A stretch of 62,479 bases of DNA, filler included, from Globobulimina sp. (taxonomy: Eukaryota), in assembly GCA_003354225.1 (NCBI GenBank). It is 23 parts of 23 records of this genome, joined end to end, with 100 filler letters (N's around TTAATTAATTAA, not from the genome) between each part and the next. Parts side by side here need not be neighbours in the genome. Positions count along the whole stretch, not along the records: positions 8,170 to 10,791 come from PIVH01005672.1; positions 10,892 to 13,513 come from PIVH01005673.1; positions 13,614 to 16,235 come from PIVH01005674.1; positions 16,336 to 18,957 come from PIVH01005675.1; positions 19,058 to 21,679 come from PIVH01005676.1; 18 more parts are not named here. One strand, written 5' to 3'. This document shows, in pieces, positions 10,479 to 21,779 of the stretch (position 1 is its first letter; each line of letters begins with the position of its first letter). Under the pieces are notes generated by a model. That model was not told the origin of the DNA and ran no database searches. It saw only the letters and a list, made by a program, of their open reading frames with translations. A program made the position numbers and the translations under genes.

Positions 10479-10791
10479 ATGGGAAATTGTGTGTCTTCTC
10501 CTTCTTCACAACCAGAGCAATCTCAAAATGTTTCAACACCGTGCATTTCTACAACATATAACATAGATTATCCATCTAACCTGATTAACAGTCGACGTAT
10601 TCCCAACAACACAAAGAAATCATTGCCTAACATAAACAACGTGAACAACAAACACATTAGTAATCATAACACAAAAAACAGTATTAAACTAAAGAAACCA
10701 TCACATACAATCCAAAATGGTGAAGAGTTTGTGCAGTTTTTAATGACACAATTTTGCCCAAAACCAATAATATCTCCAACAGTTTCATTAG
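10479..10791 (+). CDS. Hypothetical protein with an N-myristoylation/palmitoylation motif; 3'-partial
   Basis: Starts MGNCVSS and is open to the contig end. Confidence 0.5.
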
Positions 10792-11413
10792 NNNNNNNNN
10801 NNNNNNNNNNNNNNNNNNNNNNNNNNNNNNNNNNNTTAATTAATTAANNNNNNNNNNNNNNNNNNNNNNNNNNNNNNNNNNNNNNNNNNNNTTCACTTGC
10901 AAAAACCTATTTGTTTTGTATTTATTAATTAGTTGGTGCGGGGTCTAATTAGTTGGTGCGGGCTATACTTATTTCGTGTGCGGGCGGTGTGCGTTTTCTA
11001 TTTTCTTCGGGTGCGGGGCACTTTTTTCTTGGGTGTGCGTTATATTTTTATCAGTGAATTGTTTAGAGGATTATGAAGAAGATGACATTGAAAAATATAA
11101 CCCGCACACACGAAATAAATGTTCACCGCACACGAAAAAATTGAAAACACGAACAACATAAATTAGTCTCGAACAACGCGCACCATGGAAATGAACAACG
11201 CACAAAGTTTTCTTGCAAGTGGAAAAAAATATGTAATAAGGTTTCATTAAGATCTTATTATACGTTTGTATGTTTGTTGTTTAATTTCTTGATCACTTTC
11301 TTTTTCTTTTTCTTCCTCTTCCAGTTTGTGTCCTCTTCCGTGGCATTGGACAGTTACATTTATAAACTAAGAAAACGAGCAATTAATTTTATGGAAAACC
11401 AACAACATTTGTA

Positions 11414-11970
11414 TTAATTAAGATGATATTTTCGAATGTGTTTGGTCATGTTATATTTGAATGAAAAAGAAGAATCACAAGATTTGCATTTAAATACATT
11501 CATTTCACCTTTCTCCAGATGTGTTTTCCAATGGTTTTGTAGCGATGCTTTCCTATTAAACCGCTTATGACATTTCCTACATAAAAATGGATGATTACAA
11601 TTCTGATGTATTAATTTTATATGTTTTTTTAACGACGATAGCGCACAAAACTCCTTTCCACAAAATTTACATTTTTCAAATGAGTTTGTGTTGATTAAAT
11701 GTTTTGTCTTTATATGAATATTTAAATCCCATTTGCGTGTAAACGACATATTGCATTTAATAAATGTACATTGTATTGGCTTGGAATGAATTCTTTGATG
11801 TTCTGTGAATCGTTTTAATTCAAAATAACATTTATTACATGTTTTATAGTCACATACATACAATTTATTATAATGCTTATTATTGTGTACATATTCATGT
11901 TTTTCTATATGATGTTCCAATAATTCTCCGCGATCATTACAAATAAGATAACAAACTTGACAACAAACGA
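11414..11970 (-). CDS. Multi-C2H2 zinc-finger protein (main exon)
   Basis: About six C-x2-4-C-x12-H-x3-4-H fingers, e.g. CRKCHKRFNRKASLQNHWKTH. AG acceptor at 11972-11971. Confidence 0.88.
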
Positions 11971-12580
11971 CTATTTATAGTATGTTACAATATTAAATTT
12001 ATAACTTATTTAACGAGATTTCTTTAGAAATTTCTGACAGAGAAACATAAAAAACGCACATGAAAATCTGCAGACTAAGCGATGTTGTTGAATATCTTTG
12101 CATTGTTTATTGATAAGAGCTGAACAAATACATTGTGTTTTGTTTGTGGTGTGTTTATTATGCCGAACCTCCCGGAACACACCACCCGTTTGTGTCCGGT
12201 TTAGTGATGGCGGCTAAATCTTTTTGACGCGACCAAATCGCAGCATTCATACTTGTTTAGCTGATTACTCTTGAAAATTATCGAGGACTATGCTTTTATA
12301 AAGTTTTCTGAGGTTTTTCTTTCTTTTAACATTTACACATTAAGCCCGGATTTGATATTTATAAATCTGTAATATATTGATATAAATATTAAAACGAGGC
12401 AACACATACAAAAAACAAACATATGTATTGGGAATCACAAAGAATAGCATACTAAAACGCAGCAAAACAAAATCACATAATAAATATCAACAAAGTGCAA
12501 TTATACACAAAGTTAATTGGAACACCATCCACACCAAGCAACAAAAACATAGCGTCCACCACATGCAATAAATGTTATCA

Positions 12581-13513
12581 TTATATTGTATTAATATTTG
12601 GTTCTTCGAAAACACCTTCCAACACTTTGTCAACATCTATTTGACTGCAACTTTGTGTGAAATCCAATTGATGCTTTTTAGTTGGTTGTGGTTGTGTTTG
12701 TTGTTGTTGTGCATGATCAGGAATGATATCGTCAAATAACTCTCCACAATGTAAAATAATGGAATGAGTGGTAGCTGATTGCAGCTTTAAACTTGGTACA
12801 TTCAAATAAAACTCATCCGTGTCTACATTAATCTTTTCTTCATCAACTGTTGTCATTATTGTTTCTGTATTGTTATCACAAGTAAGTGTAGAGGTTGGTG
12901 TAGTGTTTGACACTTTTATTTTGTTTTGCAATTTTGGTTGAAACGGAGACATAATTTCACAGCAACAATGACAGGAATAACAGGCTAAACATTGTAAAGA
13001 TACGGCCATATTTTGTATTTTTAAACACAATGTGTTGTATATTTTACGATGAACAACAAACATTAACATAATGGTCATGCAATTTATCATTGTATCAATT
13101 GTCATCCATAATAATGATACACCAAATATAGCACAACATATTAATGTAGAAAATGTAGAAAATAATGAAATGACTGTCAACAATGTAAATTTATTGACAG
13201 CCATCCATGCGATTGGATCCTTTCTAACTGCATCTAATCCGAAGTACTGTGATGTAAATGTTATCGGAGATATCTTTTTTTGTTGATTTTGTACCTTTGC
13301 TTTGGGAGACTCTGGTTTTTGTATTGGACCTGGAAGCGTACGATGGCTGATATCGTTGCTGGAGAGACCTAATAACATAATATTTCGAGTAAATACGATT
13401 GATATTAAAATAACAATGAATATGTCACAGAATGCTAACAATATGTACATGAATGAGGGATATCGCGGTAAACAATAAAATTTATTTGCAATGTTATCCG
13501 TTTTGTAGCCGGC
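12581..13513 (-). CDS. Orphan 7TM/GPCR-like protein, C-terminal part
   Basis: Three terminal TM helices with NKFTLL and IDTMINC...IYNTLC, then a Cys cluster and cytoplasmic tail. Same pattern as the genes at 15306 and 22611. Confidence 0.65.
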   Translation of the reverse strand, partial: AGYKTDNIANKFYCLPRYPSFMYILLAFCDIFIVILISIVFTRNIMLLGLSSNDISHRTLPGPIQKPESPKAKVQNQQKKISPITFTSQYFGLDAVRKDPIAWMAVNKFTLLTVISLFSTFSTLICCAIFGVSLLWMTIDTMINCMTIMLMFVVHRKIYNTLCLKIQNMAVSLQCLACYSCHCCCEIMSPFQPKLQNKIKVSNTTPTSTLTCDNNTETIMTTVDEEKINVDTDEFYLNVPSLKLQSATTHSIILHCGELFDDIIPDHAQQQQTQPQPTKKHQLDFTQSCSQIDVDKVLEGVFEEPNINTI

Positions 13514-13613
13514 NNNNNNNNNNNNNNNNNNNNNNNNNNNNNNNNNNNNNNNNNNNNTTAATTAATTAANNNNNNNNNNNNNNNNNNNNNNNNNNNNNNN
13601 NNNNNNNNNNNNN

Positions 13614-15188
13614 AATGCTGAATGTTACAACTAAGAGACGTGCAAAATACAAGAATAGCACACAAATGGATGTTTCTGCAATTAGATTTACACAGAAAAG
13701 TATTAATGATACATTTAGTAATGGAACACCAATAAAATGGACAATTTACATGTTACAAACAAAACAAATTCTACCAATTGAAATACCATTAATTCGTGTT
13801 GGATTTTATAATGGTTATTACAAATCAATTGATAATCGAAGACTATATTGTTACAAACAGGCCAATATTAAAACAGTACGTTGGAAGATATTATATATAT
13901 CTTTCTAAAAATTATGATCTGATCTGATCTGAAGCATGTACAAAAAATTGGAAACACAACACATATTATACAGATCCCAGTGATTTTTATGGAAGAAATT
14001 ACGAAAGAATTTAAATACAAAGATCAATCACCAAATAATGGAATATCTGTCAAAATTATTCATGATCCAAAGCCTGCATCAAATGAAATCGTGACTGCAT
14101 ATAATCCTTTAACAGGTACAATCGATATATTTTCAATCTATTTATAATATTCATATCCGTTCTATTGACATATAGGAAAAAGTAGAACATGGACTGTTAA
14201 AAATATAATGAGCAATAAAACATTTTATTGTGATATATGTCGAATAACAATGTCAAGCAAAAATAAAAGAGATCATTTAAATGGCAAAAAACATAAATCA
14301 AATTTAGCAAAATATGAAGCAAATAATCGAGCTTCATTGAAAAAATCATCATCTATTAATGAAGATTTTTACTGTGATATATGTGAAACATATATGAACA
14401 CTGTGAAAAATCAAACAGAACATTTAAATGGGAAAAGACATAAAACAAATCTATTAAAAGCGGCTTCGATGAAACCTGTAATATACAAAATAAATAGTCA
14501 AAAACCACAGAAACATAATGATCAAACCACTTTGAAAGCATTATCTCAAAAAACAAAAGAAATTCAAGACTTGAATACAAAATTAAAGCGCGAGAAATTA
14601 AAATGCAAATCATTGGTAAATAAAAATACAAAATTATCGTTACACATTAATCAAATGGCCCAAACAATCAATGATTTGAGAAATAAAATATATTCAAGAA
14701 AACATGCACATGCACAGCAAGCAGCCGCTATAGTTATAGATATTTAATATTATACACATTTTTATCTCTTATTTTTACAACAGATTGATGATGAAAAGAA
14801 AAGCCAATCAGAAGCTGATACGGTGCGAATTTGGATGCAAGAAATAGTTAAATTGTCTGAATATTTTGAGGTTTTGGTAAATAATGGATTTGATGATTTG
14901 GATATTATCGCAGATATTACTAATGATGATTTGATAGATATTGGTATTCATAAAATCGGTCATCGGAAAAAAATACTTAAATTTGCCATGGAATTAGGAG
15001 ATAGAGATAATACCATCGCAATTGCAAACATACCAAATGCAGAAAATACGAATATTAATCAAGTTGATGATATTGATAAGTTTCATGATGAATTGGCTCA
15101 TGATATTTCTCAAGATTTTGATAATGCCTTTAATGATGCTTATCAGTCTGTATATACACAGCAACAGGAGGGGATTCCTGAAATTTAA
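13614..15188 (+). CDS. Protein with two matrin/U1-type zinc fingers, a coiled coil and a SAM domain; 5'-partial, spliced
   Basis: FYCDIC...HLNGKKH and FYCDIC...HLNGKRH; SAM motif W...KLSEYFEVLVNNGFDDL...DLIDIGIHKIGHRKKIL. In-frame introns at 14116-14175 and 14733-14783. The upstream exon structure is less certain. Confidence 0.75.
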
Positions 15189-15305
15189 CCAATACCACTC
15201 AACGATATATTTTTCTTAACCAATATTAAAATATTATAATAAATGCTAGAGCGTTTTGTTGTAAATAGAAAAAAAAGTTTTTCAGTTGACATCTAGAATC
15301 AAATC

Positions 15306-16235
15306 ATGACAACTAAATCAAACAATCTTTCAAACATACCCTATCTGGTTGTCTGTTCATGTTCACTTTGCATCACTGGATCTACCACTCTGTTGCTGTT
15401 ATATCAACTATACTGCAATCAGGAAAATTCATACATCTCTCGTCAGCTCACACTACCATCCATAGTATCATGTTTATGCTACACATTATCATGCATTGCA
15501 TATTTAATCAGTTCATTTTATATCAGAGAATTGGATCATTTATATTCTAATGACAATATTAATGACACACAGCAGTTAATAGCTATCATATCAATTACTT
15601 GCTTAATAACATTGATTTTCTGTGCTAAATTATTTATTTATATAACGTTTCTAAGCCGTTTATATCATATTTTTATTGACTCCATACATAAAATATCTAT
15701 TTGTTTATTACGATTTATGCTATTTTTATTAATCTTGTTTATATTAACAGTTATTTGGTTGAATACTTTATTTTATATTCAAACCGAGCCATTTCAAATT
15801 CAATTGATTATCGTTTTGGGTTTATTGGTGTTTTCGGACATGATGATAAGTATCATTTTGGTGTTTCTATTTTAAAAAAAAAGAAAGTGTCCAACTTCTG
15901 AGAATGACATTATAATTATTGATGCCATGACCAAATATACCATATTGAATATAGCATCGATATTTGTCAGCCAATTAGTTTTTATTTCGTTTCTGTTTCT
16001 TGCCGTAATACACTTAATGTGTGAATATTATGTCATATTAACCAACATTATTGTTCTTATTGTGTTTCCATTGGATGCGATTGTGAATTGTATGGTGTTA
16101 CTGTTAAATTTCAAATTCAGTGAAGCAATATACTTTGGATTATGTGCATGTTTGCATCATTGTATCCAAATAAAATATGCATACAGTGTGGAAACGAACT
16201 TAAAAGGTTTTGCAAAGATTCAGAATATACAGTCA
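15306..16235 (+). CDS. Orphan 7TM/GPCR-like protein (frame break at the poly-A run near 15874-15882); 3'-partial
   Basis: Five TM helices in ORF 15306-15875 and two more in ORF 15927 onward (TKYTIL; LDAIVNC...IYFGLCACLH). Confidence 0.65.
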
Positions 16236-16335
16236 NNNNNNNNNNNNNNNNNNNNNNNNNNNNNNNNNNNNNNNNNNNNTTAATTAATTAANNNNNNNNN
16301 NNNNNNNNNNNNNNNNNNNNNNNNNNNNNNNNNNN

Positions 16336-16863
16336 GGGAATTGAGGTTGCTTTTCGATGGCTTTGTGGCGTTTTCGCGCCGCTCGTCCCAGCGAGATTTC
16401 TTTTTGGTGGGTTTGTGGAAGTAGGCAGAGGGCGGTGGCGATGGGGAGCGACCCCACGGCGGTGAGGGCGATAAGTGATGTGTGCTGATGTCGGTGTTGT
16501 TAAATAGTTCGATTTCAATTTCGCATTTTTCAATTTCGATTTCGATTTCGATTTCACTGCGTTGTAAGATGCGTGGTGGCGATGGTGAGGGGGATTGAGG
16601 TGTCCATTGTGGCTTTTTTACTGTGATGTGGGTGTTGTTATGTTTTGTTACATGGGGAGAATGAAAATGTACCATGGATTTAGTAGGTTTAGCGCAAGGA
16701 TTGGAAGAGTTATCCGTCGCCATAATGCATATGATATTGGAGTATACAAACCAGATTTTATGAGATTGGAGGCTATTTTGTTTAGTTTGCGTCGTTTGAG
16801 TGGAGGTTCATCATTTTCTGCATGGTGTTCTATTGAACGTTTGGTGCGGACCAGTGTTGACAT
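16336..16863 (-). CDS. Hypothetical Ser/Pro-rich nuclear protein; partial or frame-broken
   Basis: NLS-like PPLKRRKL, SP repeats and KKSRWD in adjacent minus-strand ORFs. Confidence 0.35.
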
Positions 16864-17412
16864 TGGAAAGATATCTCATGTGACTTCAAAAAAAACTTGG
16901 AAGAAGACTAGAATTTATAGCGTACATAACAGTCACTACAGACACAACTATTGGACTAATTTATTGGTGAGCGATCAACTCCAAAAGTTGGATTAAATCA
17001 GATCATCACAACTGTTGTATACGAAATCAAAAATATTATAATTTAAATTGACCAATGCCAAAAATACCATCGTATATCCATATGACTTATATTGCAATCC
17101 ATAAATAATAGCGTGCTTAATTGGTTATATTTGGTATTTAATTTATGGACAATGCCATTTGCGTAATGATTTCGTGCTTGATCAGATTTCACAGCATCAC
17201 TACGACCAATGTACTTGTTTTGTGTTTGTTTATCAGTGCCTTTTGGAGAGACGGCAGCGGTAATTAACGACAACTCTCAATTTTCGAATTAATTACTACC
17301 AAAAAAATATCAGTATTACACCATCTCATCGGATATTTATAATAATTTAGCAGTTGCAATCACTTCATGGGAAAAGATTTCTTTGTGGTAAGAAAAAAAC
17401 CTCACTTTAATC

Positions 17413-18699
17413 ATGCTAACTTTGTTCCTGTCAATCTTGTTATTTTGCAGCAACTTGACTTTTCAAACTGAATTTGATCATGAAGATGAATTAACAAAGC
17501 AACGCATCCGGAATTGTACCAGTTCCTCTGATTTGTTGCAAATATTATCTGACACAACACCCACATTTTATCAATTTACACTCGCAACCTATAGATGCCT
17601 AGAACTTATTGATTGCGACGGCACTGACTTATTAACTCTGTCATGGACGGAAGCAGCATATCAAGATGCTTTATTTCCTATATTTCTGACTCCACTCATA
17701 ATACAAACAAGAGATCCAATTAAATTTTTGTTGCGACTCCGCAAAATATATCCCAATTGGGAAGAACTTGCGGAACCATTATTAAATCGTGCAATGTCGT
17801 TAAAAGACACAAAAGCCGCATTTTATATTCATCAGCAAATAATGTCAGCGAAAATGAGCAACAATCAAACTCAGTTCATAATGAATCAAATTGGTATGGA
17901 AACTGTTGCATTTTTGTCGCAGTTTAAAGCAACCCAACAAATAAGTTATCTGAGCACATTTATCAATCTGATTCGAGATAAATTGGCAACTCACCAATTT
18001 GTAAAGCAATGCAATGCTTTGATGGCAGCCGGTTTACAAAAAGAACGAATGTATGTTATATTTAAAGTGTTTGATTGTATGCATATGTTTAACATAACGG
18101 CAAATCTGCGATCCTGTGAGTTACAAATGGCAGCATACAAACTATTGAATGAACGCTTATTAATTCAAATGGCAAATAAAACAAATAAAACATCGCATTT
18201 ATACTCATTAAAGTACACAATTTTAAGCAGAACTTCTGCTCAAATGGTCAAGTATTCGCATAGCAATGTTTCGACACCGATGGAAGTTCGAAAGTTGGCT
18301 CAATTTGATATACATGAAAGTGCTGAGTTATATCGGTTTTATCAGTCTTTGCAGCCTTTGATTTTGGGCGTAATCCATCGGTGGAGACATGCATTAAAAA
18401 TAGTTCATGATAAAGAAAAGAGACATACTCAGATAATGGATTTACGGGGTTTTAATAACATAGTCATTCCATATTTGGTGGAACATTTACTTTATTATAG
18501 AGCAGACCTTTTGGAGATTGATTTGATAATTTACACCGATTCAATGCAAGACGCTGACACAGTGATATTGGTTTTGGAGTCTTTTGAGCCTTCGCTGATT
18601 GCGTACGTTTACCCCACAACAGATGGTGAGGGCGCATATCTATTCGCTACTGAAATAGGCAAATGTCACAGTTCCAAATTAATTAAAGACAAATTATGA
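17413..18699 (+). CDS. Hypothetical helical-repeat protein with a signal peptide and a possible SMR-like C-terminus
   Basis: Intronless 428-aa ORF with a hydrophobic N-terminus, a PPR-like segment (CNALMAA...VFDCM...ITANLRSCELQMAAY) and IMDLRGF (compare SMR DLHG). Confidence 0.45.
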   Translation: MLTLFLSILLFCSNLTFQTEFDHEDELTKQRIRNCTSSSDLLQILSDTTPTFYQFTLATYRCLELIDCDGTDLLTLSWTEAAYQDALFPIFLTPLIIQTRDPIKFLLRLRKIYPNWEELAEPLLNRAMSLKDTKAAFYIHQQIMSAKMSNNQTQFIMNQIGMETVAFLSQFKATQQISYLSTFINLIRDKLATHQFVKQCNALMAAGLQKERMYVIFKVFDCMHMFNITANLRSCELQMAAYKLLNERLLIQMANKTNKTSHLYSLKYTILSRTSAQMVKYSHSNVSTPMEVRKLAQFDIHESAELYRFYQSLQPLILGVIHRWRHALKIVHDKEKRHTQIMDLRGFNNIVIPYLVEHLLYYRADLLEIDLIIYTDSMQDADTVILVLESFEPSLIAYVYPTTDGEGAYLFATEIGKCHSSKLIKDKL

Positions 18700-19162
18700 A
18701 ACATAAATTTTAATTTTAACACGTGATTGAAAATTAAGTCCGATCAGTAAATTGCTACTATTTTGTCAGATATATATATATATATATATCGACGACAAAT
18801 TGCTCAGATTTTTTATATCCTGTGCTAACCAAAAGATGTGAGGATAGACAACCATTCATTTTTTGTTTATTAGACAACAGTGAATATGAGATTTTTCGTT
18901 TTGTTTTTTTCAAATATTTACCAAAAAAAAACTCGGTAAAAACTCGGTAAAACTGACNNNNNNNNNNNNNNNNNNNNNNNNNNNNNNNNNNNNNNNNNNN
19001 NTTAATTAATTAANNNNNNNNNNNNNNNNNNNNNNNNNNNNNNNNNNNNNNNNNNNNGTAGAGTGTTTTTTCACGATTTCAAACATGTTCATGATTTTTG
19101 AAAAAAATATTGTTTTCCCTCCCTTACCGGCCCTTTACTGTCAATAATTGGCCTAAATCACC

Positions 19163-19254
19163 AAAAAAGTGGACGTCAGGACGTAAAATATTACGTCCTG
19201 ACGTTAGTATAGGACGTCAGGACGTCTTATAAGACGTCCCGACGTCCACTTTTT
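19163..19254. repeat. Nested palindrome/cruciform built from GGACGTCA-like units
   Basis: Perfect 14-bp stem at 19173-19204, 17-bp stem with one mismatch at 19212-19247, and outer arms AAAAAGTGGACGTC/GACGTCCACTTTTT. Confidence 0.95.
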
Positions 19255-19459
19255 ACTATAATTAAAAAAACGTTTGTTAGCTTGTTGTGTGTGTTTGTTT
19301 GTATGTTTATGTTTATATTATTTGTTGTCTCAATTTATATTGCGATATAGCGCTCGTTTTAAGATTTTCCAGTAGTGAACTACTCATCAAATCTAACAAC
19401 AACTCTTTGCTTAAACTCACTTCAGTGCTTAAACTCTTTGCTTAAACAAGTAATTACAA

Positions 19460-20344
19460 ATGTCGTCAATGGAATTAGACACACCACACAAAAAGAAATC
19501 ACAAAAAGCAGTCCATTCATCCAAAAAGAAAGAACAAGCAAAATTCAAAATATGGGACCACGTTTATGTCAAAAAAAATTCAAAGCCCACCTCCAAAATA
19601 TATTCATGCGAATTTAGAGATGCAGCTAATAAAAGAAAATCGAATACATTCGGAATTAGCGATATTGCCGAAGTAGTTGCGTTCGTTAAAAAACACCATA
19701 ATAAAACTCTCAACATTGCAACTACGAAAATTCCGTTTGGTCTCAATGACCCATTAAAAGTGCAAATACGCGATCATCTCAATAGTTATTTGCATCGGAA
19801 ATACACTTTACTTTTTATAAATGAATTCCAAAATTTATTAGAATCACATGGCCCTCATTCCAGAAAGAATTACGAAAACCGAAAAATACGCCATAATGAT
19901 ATAATAATTGATGAAAGTAATAAATGGACATGGAACTATGTCAAATTTCATGTTGCGGCCAATATAGATGACGAGGAAAAAGACATTGAAGATCCATTTA
20001 CAATCTACGGAATGTACAGAAAAATGCCGCATTTCCAAAATGTTATTTTCAAATATCGCGAAAGGTTTTTATTCGATGAATTTCAATTGAATCATATGGA
20101 TATATTAATAATGGTTATGTCCGGTGCAATTACTGTGACAATGAATGATCAAACTTTTAAAATAAAAAAACATCATCAAATATATATTAGGAAAGACTTA
20201 AATTTTAGTTATTCGGTGTCGCGAAAAGGAGCTACGATACAATTGATGGCATTCAATAACAATTGTCCTGAAATGGGATGTATTGCATTGGAGGCAAAGA
20301 AAGATAAAGAAACTGTGTCTCAAATAGAAAACGAAACAAAGTGA
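19460..20344 (+). CDS. Hypothetical protein with a C-terminal cupin (CENP-C-cupin-like) domain
   Basis: Intronless 294-aa ORF with a basic N-terminus. IMVMSGAITVTMNDQTFKIKKHHQIYIRKDLNFSYSV fits the cupin beta-barrel pattern. Confidence 0.5.
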   Translation: MSSMELDTPHKKKSQKAVHSSKKKEQAKFKIWDHVYVKKNSKPTSKIYSCEFRDAANKRKSNTFGISDIAEVVAFVKKHHNKTLNIATTKIPFGLNDPLKVQIRDHLNSYLHRKYTLLFINEFQNLLESHGPHSRKNYENRKIRHNDIIIDESNKWTWNYVKFHVAANIDDEEKDIEDPFTIYGMYRKMPHFQNVIFKYRERFLFDEFQLNHMDILIMVMSGAITVTMNDQTFKIKKHHQIYIRKDLNFSYSVSRKGATIQLMAFNNNCPEMGCIALEAKKDKETVSQIENETK

Positions 20345-20945
20345 TTCCATTTCCATTTTTTTAAACCATTAAAAACTTCTTCGATTCTTCGTTCCCATTA
20401 TTTAACTCCAAAACACAATACAAAACCTTTTTTTTTAGCATAGCCCTATTTCAGTCATTTTAGCATGGCGCCAGTTCGGTAGCATGGCGTCGGGTTTTTA
20501 AACTCATGGTGGAATGAGTATTGATGATGGCGTAGCGCCATCAGGATTTACTTAAATGCCTGGATTGGCCTCGCCAATCATAGACCAACCGATATTGTTT
20601 TATATTGGATCACGAATCGATCCAATTGAGTTAATTTTTTATATATATATTTTGTTTTGATTATTTAGCAAATTTAATTATATATATAAATAAAGTAAAT
20701 TATATAGACCCACAAACACTGCATAACAGAGAATAAGAACAGCAATGGCTCAAAGCGCGAATCATGCAATAATGCGTGGAATGGGAGCCATCGCATCGCA
20801 AAGCATCTGTATGTCCGACAATGATGACCCACTCTCTCCGACTCACACACAAACAAAATATTGATTGGCAATCTGCCAATTCAGGTTTCCCTTAAATGCC
20901 TGGATTGGCTATCACCAATCATACATTTTCTGGTGGCGATGCCAT

Positions 20946-20997
20946 CAAACCAACCCCAAACAAACCAACCCCAAACAAACCAACCCCAAACAAACCA
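20946..20997. repeat. 15-bp tandem repeat (CAAACCAACCCCAAA) x3.5
   Basis: Exact copies at 20946, 20961 and 20976 plus a partial copy. Confidence 0.95.
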
Positions 20998-21103
20998 AAC
21001 TTAAGTAAAATTTATGTATTTTTTTCCTTTTTTTAATTGTATACAATATTTAAGGTAAAATGAATGGTTTGGGATCGGTGCCAGCGGCGCAATTGAAGCC
21101 GTC

Positions 21104-21476
21104 GCGCGAATCGATGCGATAATGCGTGGAATGGGAGCCATTGCGACGCAAAGCATCGGTATGTCCGACAATGATGACTCTCTCTCTCCGACTCACACAC
21201 AAACACTGCATAACAGAGAATAAGAACAGCAATGGCTCAAAGCGCGAATCGATGCGTTATTGCGTGGAATGGGAGCCATCGCATCGCAATGCATCGGTAT
21301 GTCCGACAATGATGACTCTCTCTCTCCCACTCACACACAAACACTGCATAACAGAGAATAAGAACAGCAATGGCTCAAAGCGCGAATCGATGCGTTATTG
21401 CGTGGAATGGGAGCCATCGCATCGCAAAGCATCCGTATCTCCGACAATGATGACTCTCTCTACGACTCACACACAA
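21104..21476. repeat. 138-bp tandem repeat (about 2.7 copies) with a dispersed copy at 20711-20854
   Basis: GCGCGAATCGATGCG recurs at 21104, 21242 and 21380 (period 138) with near-identical sequence between. Confidence 0.95.
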
Positions 21477-21779
21477 ATTAAATATTAACAAAAAGTGGTA
21501 GGATTATAATACATGGTTTTCATTCTTGTTCTTTTTGGTTTTTTGTTCTTTAATGGTGGTTTGTAGGGTTTTGTTTGTCTGCGTTTGGCAAAAACCCTCT
21601 TCACCAAACTTTTTGAAAATCTCTTTTCTAATTTTTCTTGTTTGCAAAACCAGCTCATTTTTTTCTTTTTTGTGTCTATNNNNNNNNNNNNNNNNNNNNN
21701 NNNNNNNNNNNNNNNNNNNNNNNTTAATTAATTAANNNNNNNNNNNNNNNNNNNNNNNNNNNNNNNNNNNNNNNNNNNN

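Noticed and set aside
1-10791. Apparent G-protein signalling cluster (Amt-RGS, Ras, RasGAP, 7TM-RGS)
   Set aside because: These lie on different length-sorted contigs; only within-contig linkage such as Ras/RasGAP is meaningful.
20946-20997. True telomere repeat
   Set aside because: Only 3.5 copies of a 15-mer, internal to the contig.
21104-21476. 138-bp repeat as a CRISPR array, hammerhead retrozyme or C/D snoRNA cluster
   Set aside because: There are no unique spacers, no CUGAnGA plus GAAA core on either strand, and the C-box-like ATGATGA has no CTGA D box.
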